A stretch of DNA of 64,000 nt from the human T2T-CHM13v2.0 reference genome, Homo sapiens: assembly GCF_009914755.1 (NCBI RefSeq), contig NC_060925.1; one strand, given 5' to 3'. Positions within the stretch are counted from its first letter, which is position 1. Each line of letters starts with the position of its first letter. Shown here piece by piece: positions 1-13,380 of the stretch. The notes under the pieces were generated by a model. It was not told where the DNA came from. It was given only the letters and a program-made list of their open reading frames with translations, and made no database searches. Both the position numbers and the translations under genes were made by a program.

Positions 1-420
1 CAAGGTAGGAGGAAAATCAGGAAGTCTTATGCTCAGAAAGATGAAAGTGAGTCTGAGAGAAGAGAGAAATCAAATATGTTTGTTGTTGATATTGCAAATA
101 ATAGGAGAGATGAATTTTCACTGATAATAGAGATTATTAATCATGTTAAGAAAAACAGTTCTGGTGGGACAACCGAACCAGACTCTAGTGGATTTGAGAG
201 AAAATGCAAGAAAAATATCTGATACAGTATAGACAATGATTTCAAAGATAATACTATAAGGCAAAGAGCAAAACTAGGCAACGACTGAACAGTGAAGTGT
301 AGGCTAATGAGAAAAATTTAGTGGAGAGAAACAAAGCATAATGCAGACAAAACTGAGAATATTTGTGTGATCTGGTACATAGATGGACATAGATGGAGGT
401 TCTGTGATTCGCTGGAAGCA
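1..420 (-). mobile_element. Old L2-like fragment
   Basis: Purine-rich degenerate similarity to the L2 3' region; boundaries vague. Confidence 0.4.
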
Positions 421-1505
421 CATTCAGGTCACCCATTTTAAAAGAGTATAGGATGTTTTAGGACATATACAGCTAGGAAAGTAGATGAAGAGGTTTTAAT
501 ATTTATAAGTTATTGACAAAGATACCCTGTTCTAATTCTGGGATCCCACACTTTCCCTAGAAAGACCTTCAATTTGGCCACAGTTGAATATGACCACTTC
601 AATCATTATGTGAACTTGAAAGCAATATGTTCAGTTAAGAGTGGAGATGGTATAAGAGGTGTTTGATATTTGAATAAAGAAGTGAAAATATGATATAGTC
701 ATCTAGGAATTTGAGAAATAGAGAGCAAACATACATAAAGGTAACCTAATATATTAGATTCAAATCTTTATTTGTATGGGCTTTACAATATTAGATATTC
801 AAACAAACCATGTAACATTTATAACCCCTGTTTCCTTTATGAAGATAGCAAAGAGGATAATATCCTTGAAATACATTATTACTATTTTCCATTTTCTCTT
901 ATATATACATTTTTCCTGTAGAAAATACACTCAAAATTATTTTCTCCTAAGGGCTTATGTGATAGTATCACACTTCTTGGATTACTTCATCTGATATTTC
1001 AGTAGTCTTTCTCATAATCTATGTCCTACAAAATTATAATTGTGGTTCTTCCGCCAACTGTTCCCCCTTTCCAAAGAAGATGAATAGGTTCTCCTGTCTT
1101 CCTTCTCTCTTCTCCTCCTGTGGCTCTCAATACTAATTCTGCCTAAAGTAAATTTTTTCTAATTCTTTGACAGTTTAGCTTAGGATATCAGTGGATATGC
1201 CTGTGAACCACCCATTTCTTTAATTTTTAATGGCAGTTGCAGGCTCTCTCTTTTCAAATAACACTAATAATGTATCACTCTTTCACTCACAGATGGAGAA
1301 TGTTTAAAACTCACAGTTTACATACTTTTTTTGAGGTGACGATATAAATCAATAATGTTATAAATGAATTAGAATCAGAGAAAGTATAATATTTGTGTTA
1401 GAAAACATTTAAAATTATCTTTCAAATTGCCTCATTTTGTAGATAGTTATTTACAACACATAAAATAATGTCTTCCCCTAAGTTAGAGAGCTTATAGTGA
1501 CTATG

Positions 1506-1982
1506 TTGTATATCCAAGCATTCTTTTGTGATGAAGTTCAGTACAAAACAATAACAAAATCTCAGTGGCTTACTACAACAGTAATTTATCTTATACCCAA
1601 GTGTCTGCATGACTGCAGTTTGATAATCTTGGTTACACTTCCCCAGCCTTGTATGGGCTAGGCAGGACTCCAAGTTTTGGTTGGGTCCATGTCTGTTCCA
1701 CAGATCCAAGGCTGACAGAGCAATGGCTTTTTGAAATATGCTTATAACATTTCACAAGTTAGAAACTCTGAGTGCTGATAAAAAATTGCCATATATTTTA
1801 AGGCCTCAGATGGAAACTGGTATATTGCAAAGTTTTCCCACACACTCTTAAAAAACAAAGCATTTCACAGATCCAGGACCAAAGACATAGGTGCCAAGAG
1901 GTATAAATTGCCCACAGGGAAGTCATAACCAATATAGAGAGAAAAGAAAGAAAAAGAATAAAGGACAATTTTATCTACCACA
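1506..1982 (-). mobile_element. Old MLT1 (H/I/J-like) MaLR LTR
   Basis: aaaatctcagtggctta...caaca...atttat and gtctgttccac motifs typical of antisense old MLT1. Confidence 0.6.
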
Positions 1983-2024
1983 AGTGGCACGCTAGTGATA
2001 TTTTAAAATTTGGCATACTTAGTT

Positions 2025-2371
2025 ATTAATGCTGACATTGACTCTTTCAATGTAACCTCTCCCCACTATATATCATCCCACTCCATTCTGGTGTTTTAAC
2101 AATCACAGGTATCTCCAGATATTGCTGAATGTCCTATAACGGGAAAAAATCATCCTTCTTTGACAATCATTGATCTCTGTCAATTATTTAAAAGCAGGAT
2201 GTATTTAACACTCTCCTTTATTTTTTTTTTTTTTTACTGATATCAATGATAACAGATTCATGCCTGCTATGTGATCTAGTACAGTATCTCTTCTAAAGAG
2301 TTTTTCATTCAATACTGAGACAGTAGACCTGAGTTTCAACTTATATTGAAAGAGTCAGTGTCAGCATTAAT
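2025..2371. repeat. 31-bp inverted repeat pair (2025-2055 and 2341-2371)
   Basis: attaatgctgacattgactctttcaatgtaa vs ttatattgaaagagtcagtgtcagcattaat: 29/31 complementary. Confidence 0.9.
2056..2172 (-). mobile_element. MER20-like hAT-Charlie fragment
   Basis: tctccagatattgctgaatgtcc...aaaatcatcc...tgacaatcattg resembles the MER20 terminus; the other half is missing. Confidence 0.6.
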
Positions 2372-5300
2372 CAAATTGCCTTAATTAAATTTCCACTATT
2401 TTAGGTACTTAGATTGGTTTTTGTATTCCTGATTACATTGAAACACTTCTGGTATTTGTTTGACATTTCTGCTATCAAACAAGGTATTTGAATTGTAGAT
2501 AGATGTTGCTACAACTGAACTGAGTGTTTAGTGTCTGTAGCTTAATTTATAGCAAGAATCAGTTGAACTAGCTAAGCTCAGAATTCCAGAGTATAGTCAT
2601 TATTTTGTTGATGCTGAGCTACAGATCTAGCAGCAGCTTTTTGGTCTCAGTTTTCAGATATATACAAGGCATCTAAGGGAATATGTTATCAAACTTCGTA
2701 TTTCCAGTGGTGACTTCTGATTTTGTAAGCACTTTCTCTTTGTGGAAAAAACAAAGGAAATAAATAAAAAACCTAAAGTAGAGTCTCTTCCCACATTGAA
2801 TCCTACTGGATACAATCTGAGTGTTTAAAAATAAAGAAATTAACCTTAGGTTAACATATTATATTTTACATTACATTCTAAAACATTTTACATTTTTAAC
2901 CTGATCCATTTTGACCTGTAACTTAGAACCATTGTTTAAATTTAACAGAATTTATGAAAAACAGTTTTCTTAGGATATTTAATATTCTTTTCTTAAAGTT
3001 TCTAGCTATTTATATACCTTCAAGTGTTTCATAAAGCTTGGATTGATTAAACAAATAAAAATTAAATCCTTACTTGAAAGGTAATTTCAAGTGGTTATGT
3101 TGTCATGAATTTAAAATTATATATTTTTTTAAAAATAACTTTCCTCAAGGGTATCCAAGAACCTCTAATATCTAACATAAAAGGTTTAAAGAAAAAAAAT
3201 CCAATTTCCCTTAGAAAGTAGTTTTCTCTATTATGTGGGATCCCAGAATTAAAATGTTATTACATATTATTTTTCATTTGTGTTTTAATCCAGCAAGCAT
3301 TTCTTTTAATCACAGTGGTGTTACTAGCAGTACTGTGTGATCTGGAAAGCTAAACTGTCATGTTGATTTGAAAGAATACATTTTCTTAATGCTAATTATT
3401 ACTCTATTCCACCAGATCGCAATCATCACACAGTATGTATTACTAATCAGAAAATGTTCAGAGACAATGTTATCATGTGAAGAAAATAGAAATGATACAT
3501 GACAGCTTTGTAAGAGATTCAGTTTCTAAGGTTTCTTTATATGATAATATATGCATACATGTATAGGTTCAGACTACATTTTCTTAAGATGTATATTTCA
3601 TGTAAATTTAATAGTACAAAACATATTCATTCCATATATTCAAGTCAGTTGGCATATTCACAAATATTGGTACATTTTAATTACTATGGCAATTAAGAAG
3701 ATCTTAGAAAATACTTATAATGAGCTGAAGTCATATGTTTTTGTTGTCACTCTAGAGCTTTGAGACACCTGCCATATGTTGTCTTTAGTAATTGCTACAG
3801 CTCCCTTCTCTATACAATGTAAGTACTTATTAAGTAATAGTGGTTTATACAATACATTTAATTGTAGCTAATATATTTTTGAAAAATAATGCCTCGGTTT
3901 TTCTTTCTCATTTCACATGAAGATACACACCACAAACACACACACAAAAAGATCAAAAGAATTGTCAAAGAAAATCATATAGGAAATAATGTGAGCAAAT
4001 AAAAACAATCATCCTGAAGTGGGGGAGTCTGAAAACTTAGATGTTAAGGAGCTTTTACCTCTGAGATTTGTGGTTTGGGAAATAGCATTTAACCTGTTTT
4101 ATACTGTTTCATCCTTTAGTTCAAGTAGATTAATAAAAATGAATTATTCTTACGTACATCATAAGCATACTTTGTAGTAAAAAGATGAAATGGAACTATA
4201 CATATAAAAATCTTGTAAAGTACAAATTGAAATACAAGTTTAAAGCATTTTGTTGCTCTTCTTCCAAGATGGTTTTAAAAGCAAAGAGGCATTAATATAT
4301 TGCCTCTGATGGTCAGAAGAAATCCTATGAACTTTTTTTTTGAAGTAGTGTTCCAGAAGCTTTTGAGAGAAAAGACAAATTCTATTTTTTTGTCCTCAAA
4401 TTCTTCTGCCAAGGACATACAGAGAGTACATATCTCCTCTCTCCTTCTTTCTCCCTCACTTATCCCAGACCCCATCTCTTTCTCCTTCTTGCTCCCTCAT
4501 TTATCACAGGTCCTACATACTATCAGACAATAGGAAAATATAGATGGTGAATTTCATTGGTACCAGCCTTGATAGAAATGAGCCAAAGGGTAACTTTTAA
4601 TTTTTCTTTATTAGTGATCCTTGTATATGTGAACTGATCTTGCTCAAGATTCTATTTTCTAATATTCCCTGAATTATACAGAAGCAGAAGCCCCCTTCTG
4701 GTACCGTATTGAATGGGACTACAGTTTAGAAAGAATAATATGGGATTACATTTAAATAATTTCAGTCTTGTCCTCTATCCAACTCTTTCTCTATAATACC
4801 ACCAACAAGCATGAGTAAACCAGATTTTTTTTCCTGAAAATTTTATGCAGCTTTGTAGAGTCTTTCTGTTTTTGAAATTTCTGAGTATGAATTCCTCTTG
4901 ATATATTTCATTTTTCTTTTCCTTAAATATCTTATATGTTAAAAATCTCTCTACTATTTAGGTTAGATTTTGATTACTTAAACTTTTACATTTCTGGTAC
5001 ATTACAGATTAACCAAAAGAGAAAACACATACGCTAAAGTTGAATTACACATTTAATTGTTGTATCAATCAATTATTTTTTTATTTTTTTTTTTTACACA
5101 AAAGCAGATGCTGAAACACCTGTAGATACTTTTATACACCATATTCTGTTATGGGAGTCATGCATCTATCAGTGATATTGTACACATGAGATAAGGATGC
5201 AGCATACATGAGAGATGCTTATCTAGCTATGCCACTGCCCTTCTTAGAGTTTACAACATGTATTTCCGGATGTTAAACTTTCCAGGTTCTGAATTGGGAT

Positions 5301-8168
5301 TGACATTAGTAAGATCTGATTCTCATCTGAGGTGGTGCGAGGGAATAGAATCTGTACGTAGAAAGTTGTTCATCAGTCTCTAGGATTTTAATATATAAGA
5401 AAGTCTCTTTTTTCAGTCTGTGAGGCAAAACTCTTCCATTTAGTTGTTTCGAATGTCATTTGGTTTGACAATAAAAATCACAAAATTATTTCCCTAGAAT
5501 TCAATCTCTGACCAGTGGGTAGTCTTTTATCTCAGAAATATTAGCTAAATAATATTTTACAACTAGGCATCAGTCATTGTACTTGGAATTAACAACTTTG
5601 GCAAGTTGTACAGTATTGGACCTTTTTGAAAATTATGGAATTACACTTTCAAAAACAACTTTTTAGTAGTATAAAATCATATTTTATTAGATTATGTAAT
5701 TACTAAATTACCACAGGTTGATTAGTGGAGCCATTTATAAATATATATGCATTTGGGTTTGTGTAAATATACACATAATTGTACGAGTGTGTGAACATTT
5801 GTGTGTATCTATCTAATCTAGCTAAATTTTTTTTGTTCTTACAACCTATCAGGTGGTGTAAGGTCCTCCAGACCTACCACAAAGCTAGAACTAGTTACTA
5901 TCAAAACAGAATTGATGCATTTGGGTGACTAAACTAATATCTAGATATCAGAAGCATGCCTTGTGTATGTGAGTACTAACAGCAGTGCAGCAGACTACAA
6001 GGCTACTAGACACTTATATAAACCAGGGAGCAATGCTTAATTTTGCAGTAATTTATCTTAATAATTCAAATTACCTCATTTCATGCCATTCTCAAATGAG
6101 AATCTGTCTTTATTTTTTGCTTTGTCTACAACTCATTGTATAATGCTGTATGCTTTGTTATTCCAAATGTGATCAAATCAATTTATCCTCAAAGGTGAAA
6201 GGCTTCCTTTGCCTTTTACCCATGTTAAGAATTTCTAAAGTCTTCTAAAATTGGGTCTATGAGGTTCAGGTTTTAAGATCATTTTTATAATTTTGACCAG
6301 AGTCATGTATCAAAAATAAAAAATAAGACCAAGACTTATGCACAAATGCGCTCAAGAAAGGAAAATCCAAGCAATGGTCAAAAATGAAAGATAGACATTT
6401 TAGGGCTTGCTTAGCATTTGTCTAAATTAGGTCTAAAATTTTCCCTTACTACTAATTATTTATAATTATTATAGGCGGTTTTAGAGCTTGAATTGTGAGA
6501 GGGTATTATAAATATACAGATATTACCTCAGTAATTATACTTTCAAACACCAATAAAGAATGTCAGAAAATACATGACATTATGTCAAGATTTTATCATA
6601 TTCTTTAATCTTCACATCAAGTTTAAAGGAAAAGTCAAAATAATTCACATGGTTTTTCTGGAGTTCACAAATTTAATAAAATACACCAAAACATTTGGTT
6701 AATAATCTACTGCACATTAAACTTTATGGTCATATTCTATAACACTCTCTTCACTTCACCGTCCTCACCTTCATGTCAATGGACAAAGTGGTTTTAGAAG
6801 CCCTGTCCTTTATTTTTTGTTTCTTTTTCAGAAAAGACAGCACAGCACAGATATATGGCTTTGTAGCCATTTCAAATTTACTGTAAAAATCCAAATTTTC
6901 CATAAATTAAAGGCCTCTTGTCTATCCTTCCAATTTTGCTTTCTACGGTAGCTGTATTTATCCCAGAGAAGAAATTGCAGAATCACTCTGTGTTTTGGTA
7001 GCTTAGTTTTTAGGATTCAAAAAAAAAAAAAAAGACCCCCACATTTGATACATAGTTTCAGGAATATCTAAACTACCCTAGTGGTTTTTGACTTCCTGCT
7101 TGTACACGATTTGGTTCACAGGTAGTAATTTATTCTTCATTGACAGAAAAAAATTCCCAGTGATTCCATAGCCACTCATACTTTGTTCAATTATTCAACT
7201 GCTTCAGATTATCTGCTTAGGGGGCTGATAATTTTAAAGCGTTCTTTAAAAAAATAAAGCAAAACAAAAACTTCTAAATTACCACTCTATTAAGGTAGAA
7301 GAACTGACTCCACCTGATCCTTATAGAAAAATTCCTGCTTTCTTGTGCCCTGGCCATTCAGCAGATATGAGTTTGAAATATGCAGGATCTATCATTGGTA
7401 AAGAGGATAATGTCAACAATTTTTTCCTGATGCAAGAAAATTGGTAAACTCCTGACTTTCAGCCATCAGATGCAGATGTAATCAATGATTTATCACTTGG
7501 GGGCATGGTGTTCTTTCCAATCCTTATGTAAGCCTCGCTTTCCATCTCCATTCTATAGATTTTCACTTGTCTGGAAGGTGAAGAGGGCAGATTCTTCTTT
7601 TTCTGGGTATTTTACTTCATTCCTACTCTTCCTGATAGTTCCCTTTAGGTCTGCTGGGTCCCATTTTCTTTGTGAACTTACAGAGATACATTTTTTCTCA
7701 CAATACCATATATTACTTTTCTGTCCATTTCGAAGTTCTCCATTGTCTTCGTTCTGGATTTTTAAAAAATCTTCTGCAGATTCCTCTCCTCCCCCCAACC
7801 TGATTATATTAAAGATGGAAGAATCTAAGAACTCTGTGGTAACGTAACATAATCTTACAATGAGATTTAAAGCTCAAAAATTGATGTGGGGGAAAGGAAA
7901 AAGGAGTCAGGCCTTGTAAACTTTGAGAAGGCCAGTAGCTCGACAGCCTTTTGTTCAGTTTCAAGTTCATTAGCTCTTCTAAAATTATCTTTTTGAAACT
8001 CAGAAATTAGTCACTTAACTTTTTAGTAGAATCACCACATACTACTTAAAAATCAAATATCTGAGGACTATGCCTTATCTAGGAAATGATAAAATGTAAA
8101 CCATTCTACTTCAGCTGAATCATTTAGCTGTTTCAAGCAGAAATTTCATAAAGAAGTACATTGCCACT

Positions 8169-8509
8169 TGCTATTACCTGAATATGTCCCTCAAAAATTC
8201 ATGTTTTAGACCTAGTCCTCATTTGGATGCTATTAAGAGGCGAAGTATTTGATAACTGATTAAGTCATGAGGGTACATGAATGGGATTAGTGTCCTTATA
8301 AAAGTGGTTGAAGTGTGCTGCCTTGCACTTTGTGCCATGTAAGGTGCTGCAACAAGTCACCATTTTGAAGCAGACAGTGTGCTTTTCCCAAACCATGAAT
8401 CTACTGGTGCCTTGGACTCCCCAGCCTCCAGAGCTGTGAACAATAGATTTCTATTTATAAATTACCTGGTCTAAGGTAACTTATTAGCAGCCCAAATGGA
8501 CTAAGATCA
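8169..8509 (+). mobile_element. MST-family MaLR solo LTR (MSTB/C/D-like)
   Basis: tgctat...tgaatatgtccctcaaaaattcatgtt start, gaatgggattagtg core, gcagcccaaatggactaaga end. Confidence 0.8.
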
Positions 8510-10149
8510 TTGTAAAAGCAGAACTACCAGGTTTCCATTTAAGTAATATTTGTGAGCGCTTTTTATTTATTTTATTGCTATTTGTTCACAACGTGTTTGC
8601 CCTAGTTGCTAAAGTGCAAGACCAAAGATGTTTGCAAGGGAAAAGCAATGAACACATATGTTAAAAGATAATTATTCTGTTAAAATCTTTAAATTACAAT
8701 AGTTCTTTTTTGGGGGTAGGTTTTTCAAGAAAAGGAGATTAACTGAAAAACTGCTTATTTTATAAAATGACACCTTCTTGCATTTGGAAAGGGAAAATAA
8801 TGACATTTAAAAATATTTTCATATTCTGCTTAGCAAGTAAATGTGATTATAAAGAATTAAACTGTTTCTTAATTCTGTTTCTCACTTCCACATTTAAAAT
8901 CTTGGTTGTTGACTAGTTTTATGCCAGAGCATTGCTTCTAACATCTAGCAAAGCCACCTAAACATCTGCAATCCTCTGGACTTTTCTGCCTTTGGAAACC
9001 TGAGAAACCAAAGGATTGAGCCTTGGGCACCTCTAACCTTGAGTCTTCCTTTATGAGTAGAAGAATGTACGTGAATCTCTCATATAATCCCCTAAAGAAA
9101 CTACCCTAAATTGCTAAGGAATCAGTTTTCAGTTCTTCTTTTAACTGTCAGAACGTTTAATATTTAATTATGTTGACAGGGCTATAAAGCTAAATTCTAA
9201 TGACACTGGTAGTGTTTCTCATCTCATTTCTGATGCCAGCTATAGTATTTCTGGTACTTTAGATATTTACATAAGAGGAAAACCTGTAGGCACAGTTGTA
9301 AATTTAGAGTAAGTATAACTAATTAGCCAAGGATACAAAATCATCTTGGAAATAATATAGACCTAAAAAAACTACAGGACTTTTTAGTTTAACTTTCTTG
9401 GTTTCAAAGGTTTGTAATAGCAGAATGAGGGGATAGCAGTGGGAGGGGACTCTAATTTGCGAGTGACACTGTACAAATGAAGTTGTGTCTTTTTGGATTT
9501 CTGAAGCTCCATTTGTAAATGACACTACCCTTTTATACTTAAAGTTTACATCATTCTACAAGAATGAAATGAATTATATATAATATCAATTTCTATTTTT
9601 CTGTATATATTATATGATTAAGGCATTGTTTACAAATATAAGATTTTCCTTTTTTTTGCACATAACGTGGAGTTAACAATTTCAGATCTTCAGCTGGTGG
9701 GATAAAGCAGGATCAAAATGCATGTGTCTGCTTCCTAATTTTCAAAATTCTGGAAAGCTGTTTCCATTAATTTCTTATTCTCTTTATAATTTTCCAGTAA
9801 GAGAGAGAGATCGAGAGAGAGATCCCCACACATTATAAATTTTCAATTAGTATTATAATTTTCTGGAAAAATATATTTCAAATTTAGCACATTTTTTTCT
9901 TTGTTTTTTGATAACATCAAACAGTCTAATTTTTTCCTATGCACATTCTTATACCAGCACTACATCTTCACATGGCTAGTGAGGTATTCTGATTAAATGG
10001 TATATATACTTCTCTAAACTGTTTTATATACAGTACTACTCTTTCCCACCACCTAAATTTTTTTTTAAATTACACTGACATGCATCAGAATGTATCTTTA
10101 GAAATACAATTTTATAAAATTAAATATAGTTAAAGAAATCTTCACACTC

Positions 10150-11190
10150 TTTCTAGATGATATAATTTTATTTGAAAATGTTTATTATAAAAAGAGATGA
10201 GCCTGGCAGAAAGAATTTAACAGTGAATATTTCAAGGTCAGTGACACATTTGTAAGGAAGAAGTATTATTGATTTTCACTTTCAGCACTCTTCAAATGTG
10301 GTAAAAGCCAGTTGCCAATTATACCCATAAGAGGCATTAAATCTAAAACTAATTTAGGAAATTACTGATTAAAAAAAATCTAAAAACAATTATAAAAGTG
10401 TGAAACTGGCATACAATATACATTCAGATAAAAATCACACTTATTTCTGAAATATTAAAGATGGATTGTTCAATTGGTAAGGAAACTAGCTGACATTCTA
10501 GACAAAAAATAAATGTGTATGCCTGATGAAAATCACACATCAATATTCATTCTATGTTCATTAAAAGTTTTAATATAAACACTAAATTTTATGGGAATAT
10601 TTACACAAATTAATTACTATTAGAGTAACTTTGTAAGAATAAACAAAATTCTAAACAGATTAGTACATTTTATTACATACAAATTAAAAAAAATAAATTC
10701 CAAAATCATCTTTTCCACAACTGAAAATAAGTTAATCAAACTATAAAAACACATTCATCATGTATTAGAGACAAAATCTTGTACTTTAATATATAATAAT
10801 GCTATTATAAGATAACTTTTTTATTCAATATAACAATATATTTTTAGGCAAGTTACAAAATAAAAAGCATGGAATGTACATTAGGGAAATACTCAACTTT
10901 ACCAGTAATAAAACAACTGAAAAATAAACAAGTGCAAACCGGTTTTCACTTTGCAGATTTTTATAATAAAGAGTAATACTAATGACCAATGCTGGTGAAT
11001 GTACGTGGAAATGAACACCTTTGTACACTCAGGTAGGAAACAATCTTTATAAAGAAAAAATATATTGATATTCTCAAAATCTTTTATGTATAAAAAGTTC
11101 TCTTGTGGGAAAATATGCTACAACAATATTAAATAATTAAAGTGTATGAAGTCACCAGCATTATCCAAACAACTGAAAGAACTAAAAAGT
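10150..11190 (+). mobile_element. Ancient L1M(E/C) 3' fragment
   Basis: A-rich degenerate L1 ORF2 3'/UTR-like phrases (ggattgttcaa..tggt; aatgctggtga...ggaaatgaacac). Confidence 0.5.
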
Positions 11191-11815
11191 TTTTCTCCCC
11201 AACTGACAGCCTTATTGCAAAGTATCTATTAGGTATGTTTGCTAGGTCCTATTTTAAATTCTATACATATAAAGGCAAGTAATATTTTGCTTGTGATTCA
11301 AGGAGCCTTTAAATTTAGTATATGTGAGGAAAGGGGTGAATAATACTATATTCAATTAAGTTTATTAAATGTCTGCAATGAAGATGAGTTTGTCTACTAA
11401 AAGCCTTAAGAGAGTATTAATATTATAAAAATAAAAATAACCTTCAATCTAACCCATTTGAATCATATTGCTTATTTTTTGGTCTTTTTAATTTTTCTAA
11501 ACCGTCTCCTAAATTCTCAGTTGCTGTGTATAGGATTTATTCTCCAAGATGATTCCCCAATGAACTAGACTTCCTTCTTATATTGAGTAGGGTTAACCTT
11601 TGTAAACAGTAGAATATTGTGGAAGTGATGGTGTGGCTTCTCAGAGCAGATGATAGGACAATGTAACTACTACCTTATACTATCTTCTCTTTCTGGGATC
11701 TTTTATTCTTGTAGTAGCCCACTGACACATCATGAGGATATCCTCACAGTCCATGGAAGGAACTGAGTTTTCCTGCCAACCAGCTCCAAATTTCCAGAAG
11801 TCCTAGCAAATAAAT

Positions 11816-12193
11816 TATATTAGTCTGTTCACATGCTGCTAATAAAGACATACCCAAGAGTGGACAATTTTTAAAGGAAAGAGGTTTAATTGACTCAGAT
11901 TTCAGCATGGCCAGGGAGGCCTCAGGAAACTTACAATCCTGGCAGAAAGGGAAGCAAACACCTCCTTTTCACATGGTGGCAGGGAGGAGAAGTGCCAAGC
12001 AAAAGGGGGAAAAGCCCCTTATAAAACCATCAGAACTGATGACAACTCAGTCACTATCATGAGAATAGCAGTGTGGGGGGAACTGCCTCCATGATTCAAT
12101 CACTTCCCACCGGGTCCCTCCCAGGACATCTAGGGATTATGGGAACTACAATTCAAGATGAGATTTGGGTGGGGACACAGCCAAACCATATCA
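11816..12193 (-). mobile_element. THE1D-like solo LTR
   Basis: tatattagtc...ggggacacagccaaaccatatca; gcctcaggaaacttacaatc diagnostic; 5-bp TSD taaat/aaaat. Confidence 0.9.
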
Positions 12194-12330
12194 AAAATAA
12201 TCTAAGCTTATGTAAACTTTCACTTGATCACAGTCCAAGTCAACATCTTGACTCCAACCTCATAATAACCCCTGGACCAGCTTTGTAAGCCATTTACAGA
12301 TTTTGACACCATAGAAATGTGAGACAAATA

Positions 12331-13380
12331 TAGTCAGTCTGCATTTTGCATGGTTCCAATACGTACAAATATCAGTAACTGCAATTTAGTTAAATAACAA
12401 CAGGCTTACAATACCGTTTAAGTTTCAGTTACCATAGGATATTAGCTATGAGTTATTACGTAAAATACATACTTTGCTGCTAGCTCTTCAGCACAGAAAT
12501 CTATGTGTAATTAAGAAGTATGTATCAGGTTCAGTGACTAATCTTGTCACTTTTTTGTGTGTCTGTCACTGATTGGCCAGTGCACGTCTGTTATTCACTT
12601 CACTCACACACAGCAAAGCATGTAGTTGTGTTGCTTCTTGTCTTCTAGTGATCAAATCATGTGACGTCTTACAAAAATGAATAAACTTAGGAGATAATTG
12701 GCAACAAAGATGAAAGTGCAGCAAAGAAAAAACTGAATATTTTATTTCACTGTGCAAATAACTGCAGAATAAAAATAAAATGTAATAGAGTTATAGAAGA
12801 AACAGTTTACCATGGAGATGTTGACACTGCTGTCATTTATAAGAATATATATGCAGCCAGGGAAACTTAGTTAAGGTGAACTTCTCAACTTAAATTTAAA
12901 AAGTTATTTTGATGAAAAGAATGGAGATGCCCTAGAGGAAGTGATGGGAGCAAAATATTTCACATTAAGGTAACTCTCAGATATTTTACAATGTTAAAAC
13001 AACAAAGAATAAAATACAAGTGTATCCATATTTAGAAAGGAATGTAACAATTTGCCAATGTATAGAAAATATGTTATAAGCTCAAAAGGCAAATGCTATT
13101 CAACCTACTATTGTCAAGTTTTTTTTTTGTTTTTTTTTTTTGCAAGTAAGCATTATCACAGATTCTATGTTAACATATTAAACGTTACCTTTACCTTGTT
13201 TTTTCATTTCCCTTTACGTTTATAGTCAAAATAAGAGCCTTTAATGTTTTGATTAAAATGTTAAAACATCAGTGAAAAATTGTAACTTCTCCTGTTGATT
13301 CTTAAAATTATGTTTCATGGTTTCAGTTTGCACAGTCATTTTTATAGCCCTGCATTGCCATTTAATGTGAAAACTGACTA
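12331..13380. mobile_element. Tigger6-like TcMar DNA transposon derivative
   Basis: Terminal inverted tagtcagt...actgacta flanked by TA; ttcagttacca..gg and ttagttaaataaca motifs. Confidence 0.75.
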
